DNA of 32,000 bases from Bdellovibrionales bacterium. Its GTDB lineage: Bacteria; Bdellovibrionota; Bdellovibrionia; Bdellovibrionales; UBA1609. The notes beneath the pieces were generated by a model, which was given only the letters and a program-made list of their open reading frames with translations, searched no databases and had not been told where the DNA came from. The stretch is taken from contig OZ252021.1 of NCBI GenBank assembly GCA_965247685.1, positions 960,001 to 992,000 on the forward strand, written 5' to 3'. The position numbers were made by a program, and so were the translations under genes. Below, in pieces: positions 1-8,317 of this stretch (position 1 is its first letter; each line of letters opens with the position of its first letter).

Positions 1-1
1 T

Positions 2-475
2 GAGTATTTGGATGGAAAAATTATCTCCAGCTCTCGGATCAGGGAAGCTTTTCATCAATCCGATTTTGAGAAAATTCATCAACTGAGAGGGCAGCCTTTT
101 TCTTTTGAAGGAGAGGTGGTTTCTGGCGCTGATAGAGGAACTAGAATTGGGTTTCCCACAGCTAATATTCAAACTTTGTGCACTTTACCCCAAACAGGTG
201 TCTATATTTGTCAACTTTTTGTACATAATCATACCTACCATGGGGTTATGAATATTGGGGTGAATCCCACATTTGAATCTTCCCATCCATCTGGAGAGCT
301 CAAGGTAGAAGTTCACCTGCTCAACCAAGAAAAGCTGTCTTTAAGAGGGCAAAAAGCACTCATTTTTGTTTTGAAACGATTAAGGAGCGAGAAAAAATTC
401 AAAGATATTCCTTCTTTGCAAAGTCAAATCAAATCCGATATCCAAAAAGCCCATATTTACTTCAGTAAAAAATAA
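2..475 (+). CDS. ribF: Bifunctional riboflavin kinase/FMN adenylyltransferase, C-terminal riboflavin-kinase domain only; the 5' end lies upstream of the window
   Basis: The frame is open to the left edge, so the track start at 8 is only the first alternative start codon. Motifs GADRGTRIGFPTANI, GVMNIGVNPTF and KVEVHLL fit the riboflavin-kinase half of RibF. 155 aa is about half of a full-length RibF. Confidence 0.85.
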   Translation, partial: EYLDGKIISSSRIREAFHQSDFEKIHQLRGQPFSFEGEVVSGADRGTRIGFPTANIQTLCTLPQTGVYICQLFVHNHTYHGVMNIGVNPTFESSHPSGELKVEVHLLNQEKLSLRGQKALIFVLKRLRSEKKFKDIPSLQSQIKSDIQKAHIYFSKK

Positions 476-524
476 GTTTTATCTCAATATTTGTCAAAAA
501 GAAACCGATAGCCTCAAAGAAGGT

Positions 525-2306
525 GTGCATATTATGTCAGGATTAGCTCAAAAAAAAAAGACAAATAATATTGGTGAACTTCTTGTTCAGAAAAATATCA
601 TACCTAAAAGTCAACTTCTAGAGTTGCAGAAAAAATCCGGCTATAAAAATCAAAATGTATTATCCGTTTTATTGGAATCTGGTCATGTTTCTGAAAAAGA
701 GATGGTTCATTTTTTATCGGAACAATATAGCTATCAAGTGGTTGAATTAGATAATTTTGATATTTCAAAAGATATTATTAAATTAGTACCTCAAAAGTTT
801 TGTGAAAAATTTGATGTCATTCCTATTTCTCGTTTAGGAGATGTTCTTGTTCTAGCTGTATCTAATCCTTTGAATAATCAAGTACTCAAAGATCAGCTTC
901 TTTTTACAACAGGTTGTAAGGCGGAATTTGTTCTTACCACTTCCAGTTCTATTCGAAATGCTATTGCCAGATGCTATGAAGACGTGGAAGAGAATATTCA
1001 TAGACTTTATGCAGATATTGAGGCTTCGGGTGCACGTTTTCAAAGGAATATGGCGGAACAAGAAGCTGCAGGCGAAAATGAAGATGAAAATGTAGGTATT
1101 GTTTACCTCAATAATAAAGATGAGGAGCCTGTTATTCAATTTGTGAATCGAATGATTACAAGTGCTCAAAACAAAAGAGCGTCAGATATACATATCGAAA
1201 CATATGAAAAATCTTGTCGAATTCGTTTTCGTATTGATGGCAGATTGCATGAAATTTTTAATCCTCAAAAATCTATTTCTAATTTTATTGTGAGTCGTAT
1301 GAAGATTATGTCTAAGTTGGATATTGGTGAGAGAAGAAAACCACAAGACGGAAGAATGAAAGTGAAATTTAAAAATGGAAAAGAACTTTCGTTCCGTGTA
1401 TCGACAACGCCGACTATCGCAGGCGAAAAAATCGTGATGCGGATATTAGATGATACGGCAGTGTCTTATGGTTTAGGAGAGCTTGGAATGAATGAAAGGG
1501 AAGCCGGATTATTTGAAGGTAATTTAAATCGACCTCAGGGTATGGTTCTGATTACTGGACCGACAGGAAGTGGAAAGACGACGACTATCTACACAGGTTT
1601 GAAAATTTTAAATACACCTGACAGAAATATTTCTACTGCAGAAGACCCTATCGAGTATAATATTGAAGGGCTCAATCAAGTACAAATAAATGCTAAAATT
1701 GGCCTCACTTTTGCGAGCACTCTTCGTGCTTTTTTAAGGCAAGATCCAGATGTTATTCTTATTGGTGAGATTCGAGATCATGAAACAGCAGAAATTGCTT
1801 TTAAAGCAGCTGCAACAGGTCACTTAGTGGTGAGTACTTTACACACCAATGATACTCCGTCATCTGTGACTCGATTATTGGATATTGGAATTCCTGATTA
1901 TTCTATTTCTGAGAATGTGAGTCTTGTCGTAGGACAAAGGCTGTTAAGAAGGTTATGTCCGAAGTGTCAAGTTCTTGACTCTACTGTTTCTAAAGAATCT
2001 TTAAAAGTGCTTGAAGTTGGAGATGAAGATATAAAAAAGTGTTTAGGTAAATTAAAGAAAGGTAGAGGGTGTCGTTACTGTTCCAATATTGGTTACAAAG
2101 GGCGATTAGCTGTTTATGAAATGCTTCGAATCACCGATACGATTAAGAGAGGAATATTTAATAAAATGTCTTCTATGGATTTAAAACATGCTGCTATAAA
2201 AAGTGGAGAATTAATAACTCTCAGACAAAGCGGAATTCGAAGAATGATAGATGGGATGACCAGCTTTGAGGAAGTGATGTACGGAACTCAAGGGGATTTT
2301 AAATGA
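525..2306 (+). CDS. pilB: Type IV pilus assembly (extension) ATPase PilB, GspE family
   Basis: Walker A GPTGSGKTTT, Asp box EDPIEYN, Walker B DPDVILIGEIRD, His box TGHLVVSTLHTND, tetra-Cys CPKC...CRYC, and an N-terminal T2SSE_N/MshEN-like domain. The ATG at 534 (M4), about 10 nt after AAGAAGG, is a more likely start than the GTG at 525. Confidence 0.93.
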   Translation: MHIMSGLAQKKKTNNIGELLVQKNIIPKSQLLELQKKSGYKNQNVLSVLLESGHVSEKEMVHFLSEQYSYQVVELDNFDISKDIIKLVPQKFCEKFDVIPISRLGDVLVLAVSNPLNNQVLKDQLLFTTGCKAEFVLTTSSSIRNAIARCYEDVEENIHRLYADIEASGARFQRNMAEQEAAGENEDENVGIVYLNNKDEEPVIQFVNRMITSAQNKRASDIHIETYEKSCRIRFRIDGRLHEIFNPQKSISNFIVSRMKIMSKLDIGERRKPQDGRMKVKFKNGKELSFRVSTTPTIAGEKIVMRILDDTAVSYGLGELGMNEREAGLFEGNLNRPQGMVLITGPTGSGKTTTIYTGLKILNTPDRNISTAEDPIEYNIEGLNQVQINAKIGLTFASTLRAFLRQDPDVILIGEIRDHETAEIAFKAAATGHLVVSTLHTNDTPSSVTRLLDIGIPDYSISENVSLVVGQRLLRRLCPKCQVLDSTVSKESLKVLEVGDEDIKKCLGKLKKGRGCRYCSNIGYKGRLAVYEMLRITDTIKRGIFNKMSSMDLKHAAIKSGELITLRQSGIRRMIDGMTSFEEVMYGTQGDFK

Positions 2307-3388
2307 TTACAATGTTACAAGTTTTAAAAACGGCTATCTCGCAGAGTGCTTCAGATGTTCATATTGTGAAAGACTCTCCTCCTGTTTTAAGGATTCACGG
2401 AAAAGTTTCTCGCATTGAACACTCAGACTTAACAGCAGATGACACCAAAAATCTATGTTTTTCCGTTTTGACAGATGCTCAAAAATCTCAATTTGAAACG
2501 AAAAGAGTTCTCGATTTTAGTTTTTCTGTTGGTGATTATCGATTTAGAGGGCATTTATTTTTTCAAAAAGCAACCGTTGGTGGATCTTTTCGTGTGATTC
2601 CTAAAGATATTCCTGATTTGAATACATTAGGGTTGCCTCCAAGTGTTGATCGAATGACTCGTTTCCCACATGGTATTGTTTTAGTCACGGGGCCGACAGG
2701 CTCGGGTAAAAGCACCACCCTTGCCTCTATGATTAAAGCTATTAACTCAGAGAAAAGAGGAGTGATCGTCACTGTTGAAGATCCTGTTGAGTATGTGCAT
2801 ACACATAATAAAAGTATCATTTTCCAAAAAGAACTCGGTACAGATATTTATACTTTTGCAGAAGGTTTAAGAGCAGCTTTACGGGAAGATCCCGATGTTT
2901 GCTTGGTCGGTGAGATGCGAGATAGAGAAACTATACAAACAGCTTTGCATACTGCAGAAACAGGTCATTTGGTATTTTCTACTTTGCATACCAATACAGC
3001 TTTTGATGCTGTTGAGAGAGTTATTGGCGTGTTTGGAGGAGAAGAAAAGGCGTTAATTAGAAATCAACTTAGTAATAGTTTGCAAGCGATTTTGTGTCAA
3101 AGGCTTGTTCCTACAGTAGAAGGAAATGGTCGTGTTTTATCCTACGAAATTATGTATGCAACGACTGGTATTAGAAATCTTATTCGTGAAGGAAAACAGC
3201 ACCAACTATACTCTCAAATGTTGACTCAACAAAGTGAAGGTATGGTGACCTTTAATCAATGCCTCAGTCGATTGGTGATTTCCAATATGATTTCTTTAGA
3301 AACAGCTTTATCTATGAGCACTCAAAAGAAAGAATTAGAAAACTTGATTCGCCGAAGTGTGACTGAAGTAGAATATAAGGGGGTTTAG
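2303..3388 (+). CDS. pilT: Type IV pilus retraction ATPase PilT
   Basis: GPTGSGKSTT, VEDPVEY, DPDVCLVGEMRD, TGHLVFSTLHTN and the PilT-type GIRNLIREGK motif. About 360 aa with no T2SSE_N domain. 4-nt ATGA overlap with the pilB stop. Confidence 0.93.
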   Translation: MITMLQVLKTAISQSASDVHIVKDSPPVLRIHGKVSRIEHSDLTADDTKNLCFSVLTDAQKSQFETKRVLDFSFSVGDYRFRGHLFFQKATVGGSFRVIPKDIPDLNTLGLPPSVDRMTRFPHGIVLVTGPTGSGKSTTLASMIKAINSEKRGVIVTVEDPVEYVHTHNKSIIFQKELGTDIYTFAEGLRAALREDPDVCLVGEMRDRETIQTALHTAETGHLVFSTLHTNTAFDAVERVIGVFGGEEKALIRNQLSNSLQAILCQRLVPTVEGNGRVLSYEIMYATTGIRNLIREGKQHQLYSQMLTQQSEGMVTFNQCLSRLVISNMISLETALSMSTQKKELENLIRRSVTEVEYKGV

Positions 3389-3389
3389 G

Positions 3390-4607
3390 ATGCCAGTATA
3401 TCGATTTAGAGCTAAAGATTATAATAGAAAGCTTGTTAGAGGTCGAGTGAAAGCGAGTTCTAGAGATGAAGTCGAACAAAAATTGATTAACCGACAGCTG
3501 ACTCTAGTGAGTGTGAGTGTCGAACAGAAAAATCAGTTCAAACTTTCGGACATAGCTTTTGGCGGAATCAGTAAAAAGAATTTAGTTCTAGCTACAAGAC
3601 AATTAGCTTTCTTGATTAAAGCGAGTGTTCCTATTGTTCAAGCCCTAGATATTGTGAGTAAAAATGTAGATGATGTTGGATTGAAAAGGATTTTCAATCA
3701 AATAGCTTTATCTATCTCTTCTGGTAAATCTTTTTCAGCTTCTCTTAAGGAGTTCCCTAAAGAGTTCAACGAACTTTATGTTAATATGATTCATGCAGGT
3801 GAAGAAGGTGGAAGCTTAGATACGATGTTGAATCAACTAGCAACTTATACTGAGAAAACTGAGAATATTAAAAGGCGAGTAAAATCTGCAATGATGTATC
3901 CGATATTTGTGTCTTCTGCAGCAATGCTGATTGTGGTAGGAATGATTCTCTTTTTGGTTCCTCAATTCCAGAATATTTTTGAAGATGCAGGTCAAAAGCT
4001 CCCTGCTATAACCCAAATGCTTGTGGATTTTAGTGATTTTCTTAGAAGTCACTATTTGTTTATGTCTATCAGTGTTGTGGGCGTTATATTTGGTTTTTTA
4101 ACATACATTAAATCTTATAGTGGTTCTCGAGTATGGGAAAGAGTAATGATTTCTCTTCCTATGGGATTTGGTGGTCTTTTCTTAAAAAATTATATTTCTC
4201 GTTTCTGTCGTACTTTATCATGCTTGCTGACCGCAGGGGGAAATATTGTTGAGTCCATTGATATTGCAGGTAAATCTTCAGGAAGTGTCCTATTGAAAGA
4301 CTCTGCAATTCGAACTGCTGAATCTGTGGAAAAAGGTTTTCAATTTGGCAAGGTATTGGCTCAAGAAAAAATCTTTCCTGGTCTCGTGAGAAATATGGTG
4401 AGCTCTGGCGAACAAACAGGGAATATTGATGAAATTCTTATGAAAATTGCTGAGTTTTGTGAAGAACAAGTCGATGCAGCCATAGAAGGTATTATGAAAT
4501 TAATTGAACCTGTGATGATAGTATTTGTTGCTGTTATTATTGGTTTTATATTGGTGGCAATGTATCTGCCTATCTTCGAGATGAGCGGTAGTTTAGCTGG
4601 AGGTTAA
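3390..4607 (+). CDS. pilC: Type IV pilus inner-membrane platform protein PilC (GspF family)
   Basis: Two GspF-type repeats (GEEGGSLD and GEQTGNIDE regions), hydrophobic segments at the expected three positions, about 400 aa. Starts 1 nt after the pilT stop. Confidence 0.9.
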   Translation: MPVYRFRAKDYNRKLVRGRVKASSRDEVEQKLINRQLTLVSVSVEQKNQFKLSDIAFGGISKKNLVLATRQLAFLIKASVPIVQALDIVSKNVDDVGLKRIFNQIALSISSGKSFSASLKEFPKEFNELYVNMIHAGEEGGSLDTMLNQLATYTEKTENIKRRVKSAMMYPIFVSSAAMLIVVGMILFLVPQFQNIFEDAGQKLPAITQMLVDFSDFLRSHYLFMSISVVGVIFGFLTYIKSYSGSRVWERVMISLPMGFGGLFLKNYISRFCRTLSCLLTAGGNIVESIDIAGKSSGSVLLKDSAIRTAESVEKGFQFGKVLAQEKIFPGLVRNMVSSGEQTGNIDEILMKIAEFCEEQVDAAIEGIMKLIEPVMIVFVAVIIGFILVAMYLPIFEMSGSLAGG

Positions 4608-4611
4608 ACTT

Positions 4612-5649
4612 GTGACAGAGTTATTGAATATTTTATCATGGGGTCACATTTTTCGCTCTCTCCTTCATGTTTCTTTATTTGTTACAGGAATATTCTATGC
4701 ATTTTCTATTCCATATTTTTTAAATGCAGAAGTATGGGTGTATATTTACACTCTTTCAGGAGTATTTTTAGTTGCAGATACTTTTATGGCTTTACAGGAT
4801 AAAAAAAATCAATTTTGGCCTGTTCTTTATGCTTTAGATGCTCTATTTGTGGCTTTAGTTATTTATAAAACAGGTCATGTCTTTTTTAATATTTTCCTCA
4901 GTATTTGGCTGTTTCATATTTTATTTGTTGGAATTCAGTATCATTGGAAGGGAGTCTTGCTTCAGGGTGTATGGACTTCTGTTTTATGGGCTTGGGTTCA
5001 GATGCTATCTATTCATTTTCAACCTTTTGATTGGAAATTTTTTGCTTTCAATAGTTTTTTGGTTTTAGGTTTTTCCACTGGATGGAGTATTGTTTCTTTT
5101 TATAAAAATAACATTTACTCTTTTTTTAAGCCTGAATTTTTAAAAATAAAGGATTATATATCTGAGTTGTTCCGACCTTTAGTATCTGAAAATTGGGAAA
5201 TTATAAAGGATAAATCTTTGGAAGATTCAAAAATAGAAAAGATAGATATGGATTTTTTGATGTCTGAAGTTACGGAGTATTGCCATGAGCAAGCGCAGTT
5301 TTCCATCATTCGATACTCTTCTTCTATAGTAGGTTCTGTTTTGGGTTATAAAAGTCAGATTAAACAAATGATTGTATACATGGTTCAGTGGTTTGTTTGT
5401 CATTATAATAATCCTTATCAAAAGGTGAATATTCAGATCTTCAAAAAAGAAGATTGGTTGGTTATTGAGTTTAAAAAATCAGGTGATTTGGAGGTTCAGC
5501 AATCCCTTTCTTTACTTCATTGGATGAAAGGTATGATGTTTATTCAAAACACTATTGCACGACATAAGGGGGAATTAAAGATTCATGAAGATGCTGTGCA
5601 TATTTACCTTCCTATTTCAGAAACACAAAATCATCAGTTATCGAGTTAG
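4612..5649 (+). CDS. PilS-position polytopic membrane protein with a degenerate histidine-kinase-like C-terminus (putative pseudokinase)
   Basis: GTG start 4 nt after the pilC stop. The N-terminal ~165 aa hold about 5-6 hydrophobic helices, as in PilS. The C-terminal region keeps an HATPase-like outline (VNIQIFKKEDWLVIEFKKSGD...GMMFIQNTIARHKGELKI) but lacks N-box Asn and G-box Gly residues. The H-box position reads YISELFRPLVSE, with Ser where His is expected. Confidence 0.6.
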   Translation: MTELLNILSWGHIFRSLLHVSLFVTGIFYAFSIPYFLNAEVWVYIYTLSGVFLVADTFMALQDKKNQFWPVLYALDALFVALVIYKTGHVFFNIFLSIWLFHILFVGIQYHWKGVLLQGVWTSVLWAWVQMLSIHFQPFDWKFFAFNSFLVLGFSTGWSIVSFYKNNIYSFFKPEFLKIKDYISELFRPLVSENWEIIKDKSLEDSKIEKIDMDFLMSEVTEYCHEQAQFSIIRYSSSIVGSVLGYKSQIKQMIVYMVQWFVCHYNNPYQKVNIQIFKKEDWLVIEFKKSGDLEVQQSLSLLHWMKGMMFIQNTIARHKGELKIHEDAVHIYLPISETQNHQLSS

Positions 5650-5669
5650 GTGAGAACAGGATTACTTTC

Positions 5670-6947
5670 ATGGATACGAAAAAATCAATACTCATTCTGT
5701 CTCAAGATCACACCCTTCTTTCTTTGTTTAAAGCTTTAATGAAGCAGCTTTCTACTCCTGTAGAAGCTTTATTTTCGATGAATAAAAAGAAGGCTCAGGA
5801 ATTATTAGCCAGTCGATCTTTTGATGTTGTTATTGCAGAGGATGGATGGATTGAAGAACCCCTTGTGTCGACAGTTCCTTCCATCTTATGGGTTGGAGAA
5901 GAGGAGAAGGCTCAACCCAACTATTGGACTCAGCCTTTTTCTATAGACAAAATGAAGGCTCATATAGAGTTACTCCTTCATCCTCGAAAGTCGGTTTCTA
6001 TTATTGGAGGTGTGAGCACTCAAAATTTATTTAAAAAAGCAAACTCTGCGGCTCAATATAATGTTCCTGTGTTGATCACTGGAGAAAGTGGGACAGGAAA
6101 AGAGTTGTTTGCTCGATACATTCATCAAAAAAGCTCTAGAAGTCATAAGCCATTTGTAGTAGTCAATTGTGGTGCTATTCCTTTTAACCTCATAGAATCT
6201 GAATTGTTTGGTTATAAAAAAGGAGCTTTCACTGGAGCTGTATCTGACAAGAAAGGAATTTTCGAATCTGCACATGAAGGAACTTTATTTTTAGATGAGA
6301 TTGGAGAACTTCCATACCCTTTGCAAGCGAAACTTCTTCGTGCTCTACAAGAAAAAAAGATTCGACCCGTCGGTTGTTTACATGATGTAGATGTAAATAT
6401 CCGTGTAGTATCTGCAACTAATAAAAATTTAAAAGATATGATTTCTAAAAATCAATTTAGAGAAGATCTTTGGCATCGATTGAATTTATTCAATATTGAA
6501 GTTCCGCCTTTGAGGGAAAGAAAAGAAGATATTTCTATATTAGCTCAATATTTTTTAGATAAAAATAAGAGTAAATATTCCAAAAAAGATCTCTCTTTTT
6601 CTAAAGAAGCTATAGAGAGTTTAAAGAGTTACCATTATTCTGGAAATATTAGGGAGCTAAAAAATATTATTGAAAAAACAGTGGTCTTATCTTTGAATTC
6701 TGTGATCTCCCCTCAGGATTTATTTGAAAATTTCAATGAGAATAAAAAGAACAATAAAAATATTTTATCTTTTCATTTATCTCAAGAAGGTATGGATTTA
6801 GATTCAGTCATACAACAGACAGAAAAGGCCATTATTCATCAAGCGATACAAAATTCGAAAGGGAATCGTACTAAAGCTGCTGAAATTTTAAATATCAGCC
6901 AAAGGTCTTTAAAGCATCGTATTTATAAGTATAAGTTAGCGAAATAA
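5670..6947 (+). CDS. Sigma54-dependent transcriptional activator (PilR position) with a degenerate receiver domain
   Basis: AAA+ core with Walker A GESGTGKE, GAFTGA loop and Walker B TLFLDEIGE. C-terminal Fis-type HTH GNRTKAAEILNISQRSLKHRIYKY. The N-terminal ~115 aa are receiver-like but lack the DD pair (ILILSQDH) and the conserved Lys (TQPF instead of KPF). Confidence 0.88.
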   Translation: MDTKKSILILSQDHTLLSLFKALMKQLSTPVEALFSMNKKKAQELLASRSFDVVIAEDGWIEEPLVSTVPSILWVGEEEKAQPNYWTQPFSIDKMKAHIELLLHPRKSVSIIGGVSTQNLFKKANSAAQYNVPVLITGESGTGKELFARYIHQKSSRSHKPFVVVNCGAIPFNLIESELFGYKKGAFTGAVSDKKGIFESAHEGTLFLDEIGELPYPLQAKLLRALQEKKIRPVGCLHDVDVNIRVVSATNKNLKDMISKNQFREDLWHRLNLFNIEVPPLRERKEDISILAQYFLDKNKSKYSKKDLSFSKEAIESLKSYHYSGNIRELKNIIEKTVVLSLNSVISPQDLFENFNENKKNNKNILSFHLSQEGMDLDSVIQQTEKAIIHQAIQNSKGNRTKAAEILNISQRSLKHRIYKYKLAK

Positions 6948-6956
6948 AGTTTCTTA

Positions 6957-8300
6957 ATGATAGAATATAAATTTATATTTGTTCAGTCAAAGGTTTGGAA
7001 TATGCTAGTAAGTGTTCTTAGAAATCAAATAATTCCATTTAAAACTCTTTTTTTAATCATGATTTTTTTGTCTTTACACGGAGTTTCTTCTAGAGATCTT
7101 TCTTCCATCCATCCTGTAAAGGAGAAAATTAATGAGTTATATAGAAGATCTTCTCAATTAAATTCTGCTCAATTGTATGCTTTGGAAATTAAGCTTGCGG
7201 AATCTTTACTTAAAGAGATTCAATCAATTCATCCAAAAGATTTTCAAAAATCTATTAATCAGGTCAAAAAAGTAGCTATTCAAACTCTTTATTTATATAA
7301 AAAGGGGTATTCGCGATTAAAAGATAAAATTGAAAAATCAAAGCTTCTATTTCGTATGGGTTATCTTTATGAAATTGTAGGGTTAGATAGAGACGCTCTA
7401 GGCACTTATAAAAAAATTATTGCTTTAAAGCTTCCTGCTCAAAAAACCCAAGAGGCTCGCACTCTTTATAACAGGGTTCGGAAACGAATCCAACAATCAT
7501 CTTTATCACATTCTGCTTCTAAAAACAGTTTACTTCAATCTATTTTAATTCAGACAAAAAAAGATATTGAAAATCAAAAGTGGAGCCAAGCTTTAATTAG
7601 TTTTGAAAAATCTTGTCAAGTATACTTGGCTCAACAGTCTTGTTCTTATGCAGGATGCTCTCATTCGCCTAGGGTGATTAAAGATTTAATTCATTTAGCT
7701 CATCAAAGAAGTGAAGATGGTGCAATAATAAAAATGTATCGTATTTATCTTTCTTACTTTCCTCTCGATTTTGCTATAGTGCTTTCTGCTGCAGAATGGG
7801 CTGCACAAAAGGATGACTTTGTGCAAGCTTTAGATTTTTATCAAAGATATATTCTTTTCCGAAAACATACCATACAGTCTGCTTATCGAGAGGGAAAGCA
7901 GAAGGACTTAAAGAAACAAAATGATCAATGGGTTGATTTAGAATCTATTTTTCATCTTTATCACTCTGTTGCTCAGCTATCTCAGAATCCCAAATTAGAA
8001 ATTCAAGCCTATGATTTTTATCTTAAAAACAGTGTTTTGAAAAAATCTGCTTTCAAAATAGAGTATTTAAAAAATAAAGTCTTATTTCAACTTCAAGAGT
8101 TTTATTCAGTGGCTCCATTTTTTCGTGAAATTGTTTTATATCCTCATACTCGGTTGTCTTTAAAAGAGGAAGCTGCATCTTTGGCTTTGCAATCTGTTTT
8201 AAAAATAGGTAAAAAGATCGTGGCCCGCAAGTGGAGTCATGAATTTTCACTCATTCTCCCTCATAAAAAGGAAGAGTTTCAAAAGCTTCTTTCTTCTTAA
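6957..8300 (+). CDS. Hypothetical secreted helical-repeat (TPR-like) protein, last gene of the pil operon
   Basis: Long ORF on the operon strand, 10 nt after the EBP stop. The probable start is M16 at 7002 (AAAGG upstream), giving the signal-peptide-like MLVSVLRNQIIPFKTLFLIMIFLSLHGVSS. Several TPR-like helix pairs (YLYEIVGLDRDALGTYKKIIAL, FVQALDFYQRYILF, EIQAYDFYLKNSVL). No lipobox Cys. Function not recognised. Confidence 0.6.
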   Translation: MIEYKFIFVQSKVWNMLVSVLRNQIIPFKTLFLIMIFLSLHGVSSRDLSSIHPVKEKINELYRRSSQLNSAQLYALEIKLAESLLKEIQSIHPKDFQKSINQVKKVAIQTLYLYKKGYSRLKDKIEKSKLLFRMGYLYEIVGLDRDALGTYKKIIALKLPAQKTQEARTLYNRVRKRIQQSSLSHSASKNSLLQSILIQTKKDIENQKWSQALISFEKSCQVYLAQQSCSYAGCSHSPRVIKDLIHLAHQRSEDGAIIKMYRIYLSYFPLDFAIVLSAAEWAAQKDDFVQALDFYQRYILFRKHTIQSAYREGKQKDLKKQNDQWVDLESIFHLYHSVAQLSQNPKLEIQAYDFYLKNSVLKKSAFKIEYLKNKVLFQLQEFYSVAPFFREIVLYPHTRLSLKEEAASLALQSVLKIGKKIVARKWSHEFSLILPHKKEEFQKLLSS

Positions 8301-8317
8301 AAAAATGGATGACTGTT

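Noticed and set aside
550-559. An A10 homopolymer in codons 9-12 of pilB, and an A8 tract in the leader of pilin P3, as possible slipped-strand phase-variation switches.
   Set aside because: Comparable A/T runs of 8-10 occur in essential genes here, such as glmS around 9911, and in intergenic DNA. They look compositional rather than specific contingency tracts.
852-1169. Minus-strand 105-aa ORF inside pilB. The same class includes 2563..2820, 3837..4052, 5227..5421, 6027..6417, 8053..8250, 12055..12240 and 13866..14123.
   Set aside because: All lie antisense within genes that have strong family motifs. Their translations are low-complexity and Ile/Phe/Lys/Asn-rich, as expected for shadow frames in AT-rich DNA, and I saw no RBS or recognisable motifs.
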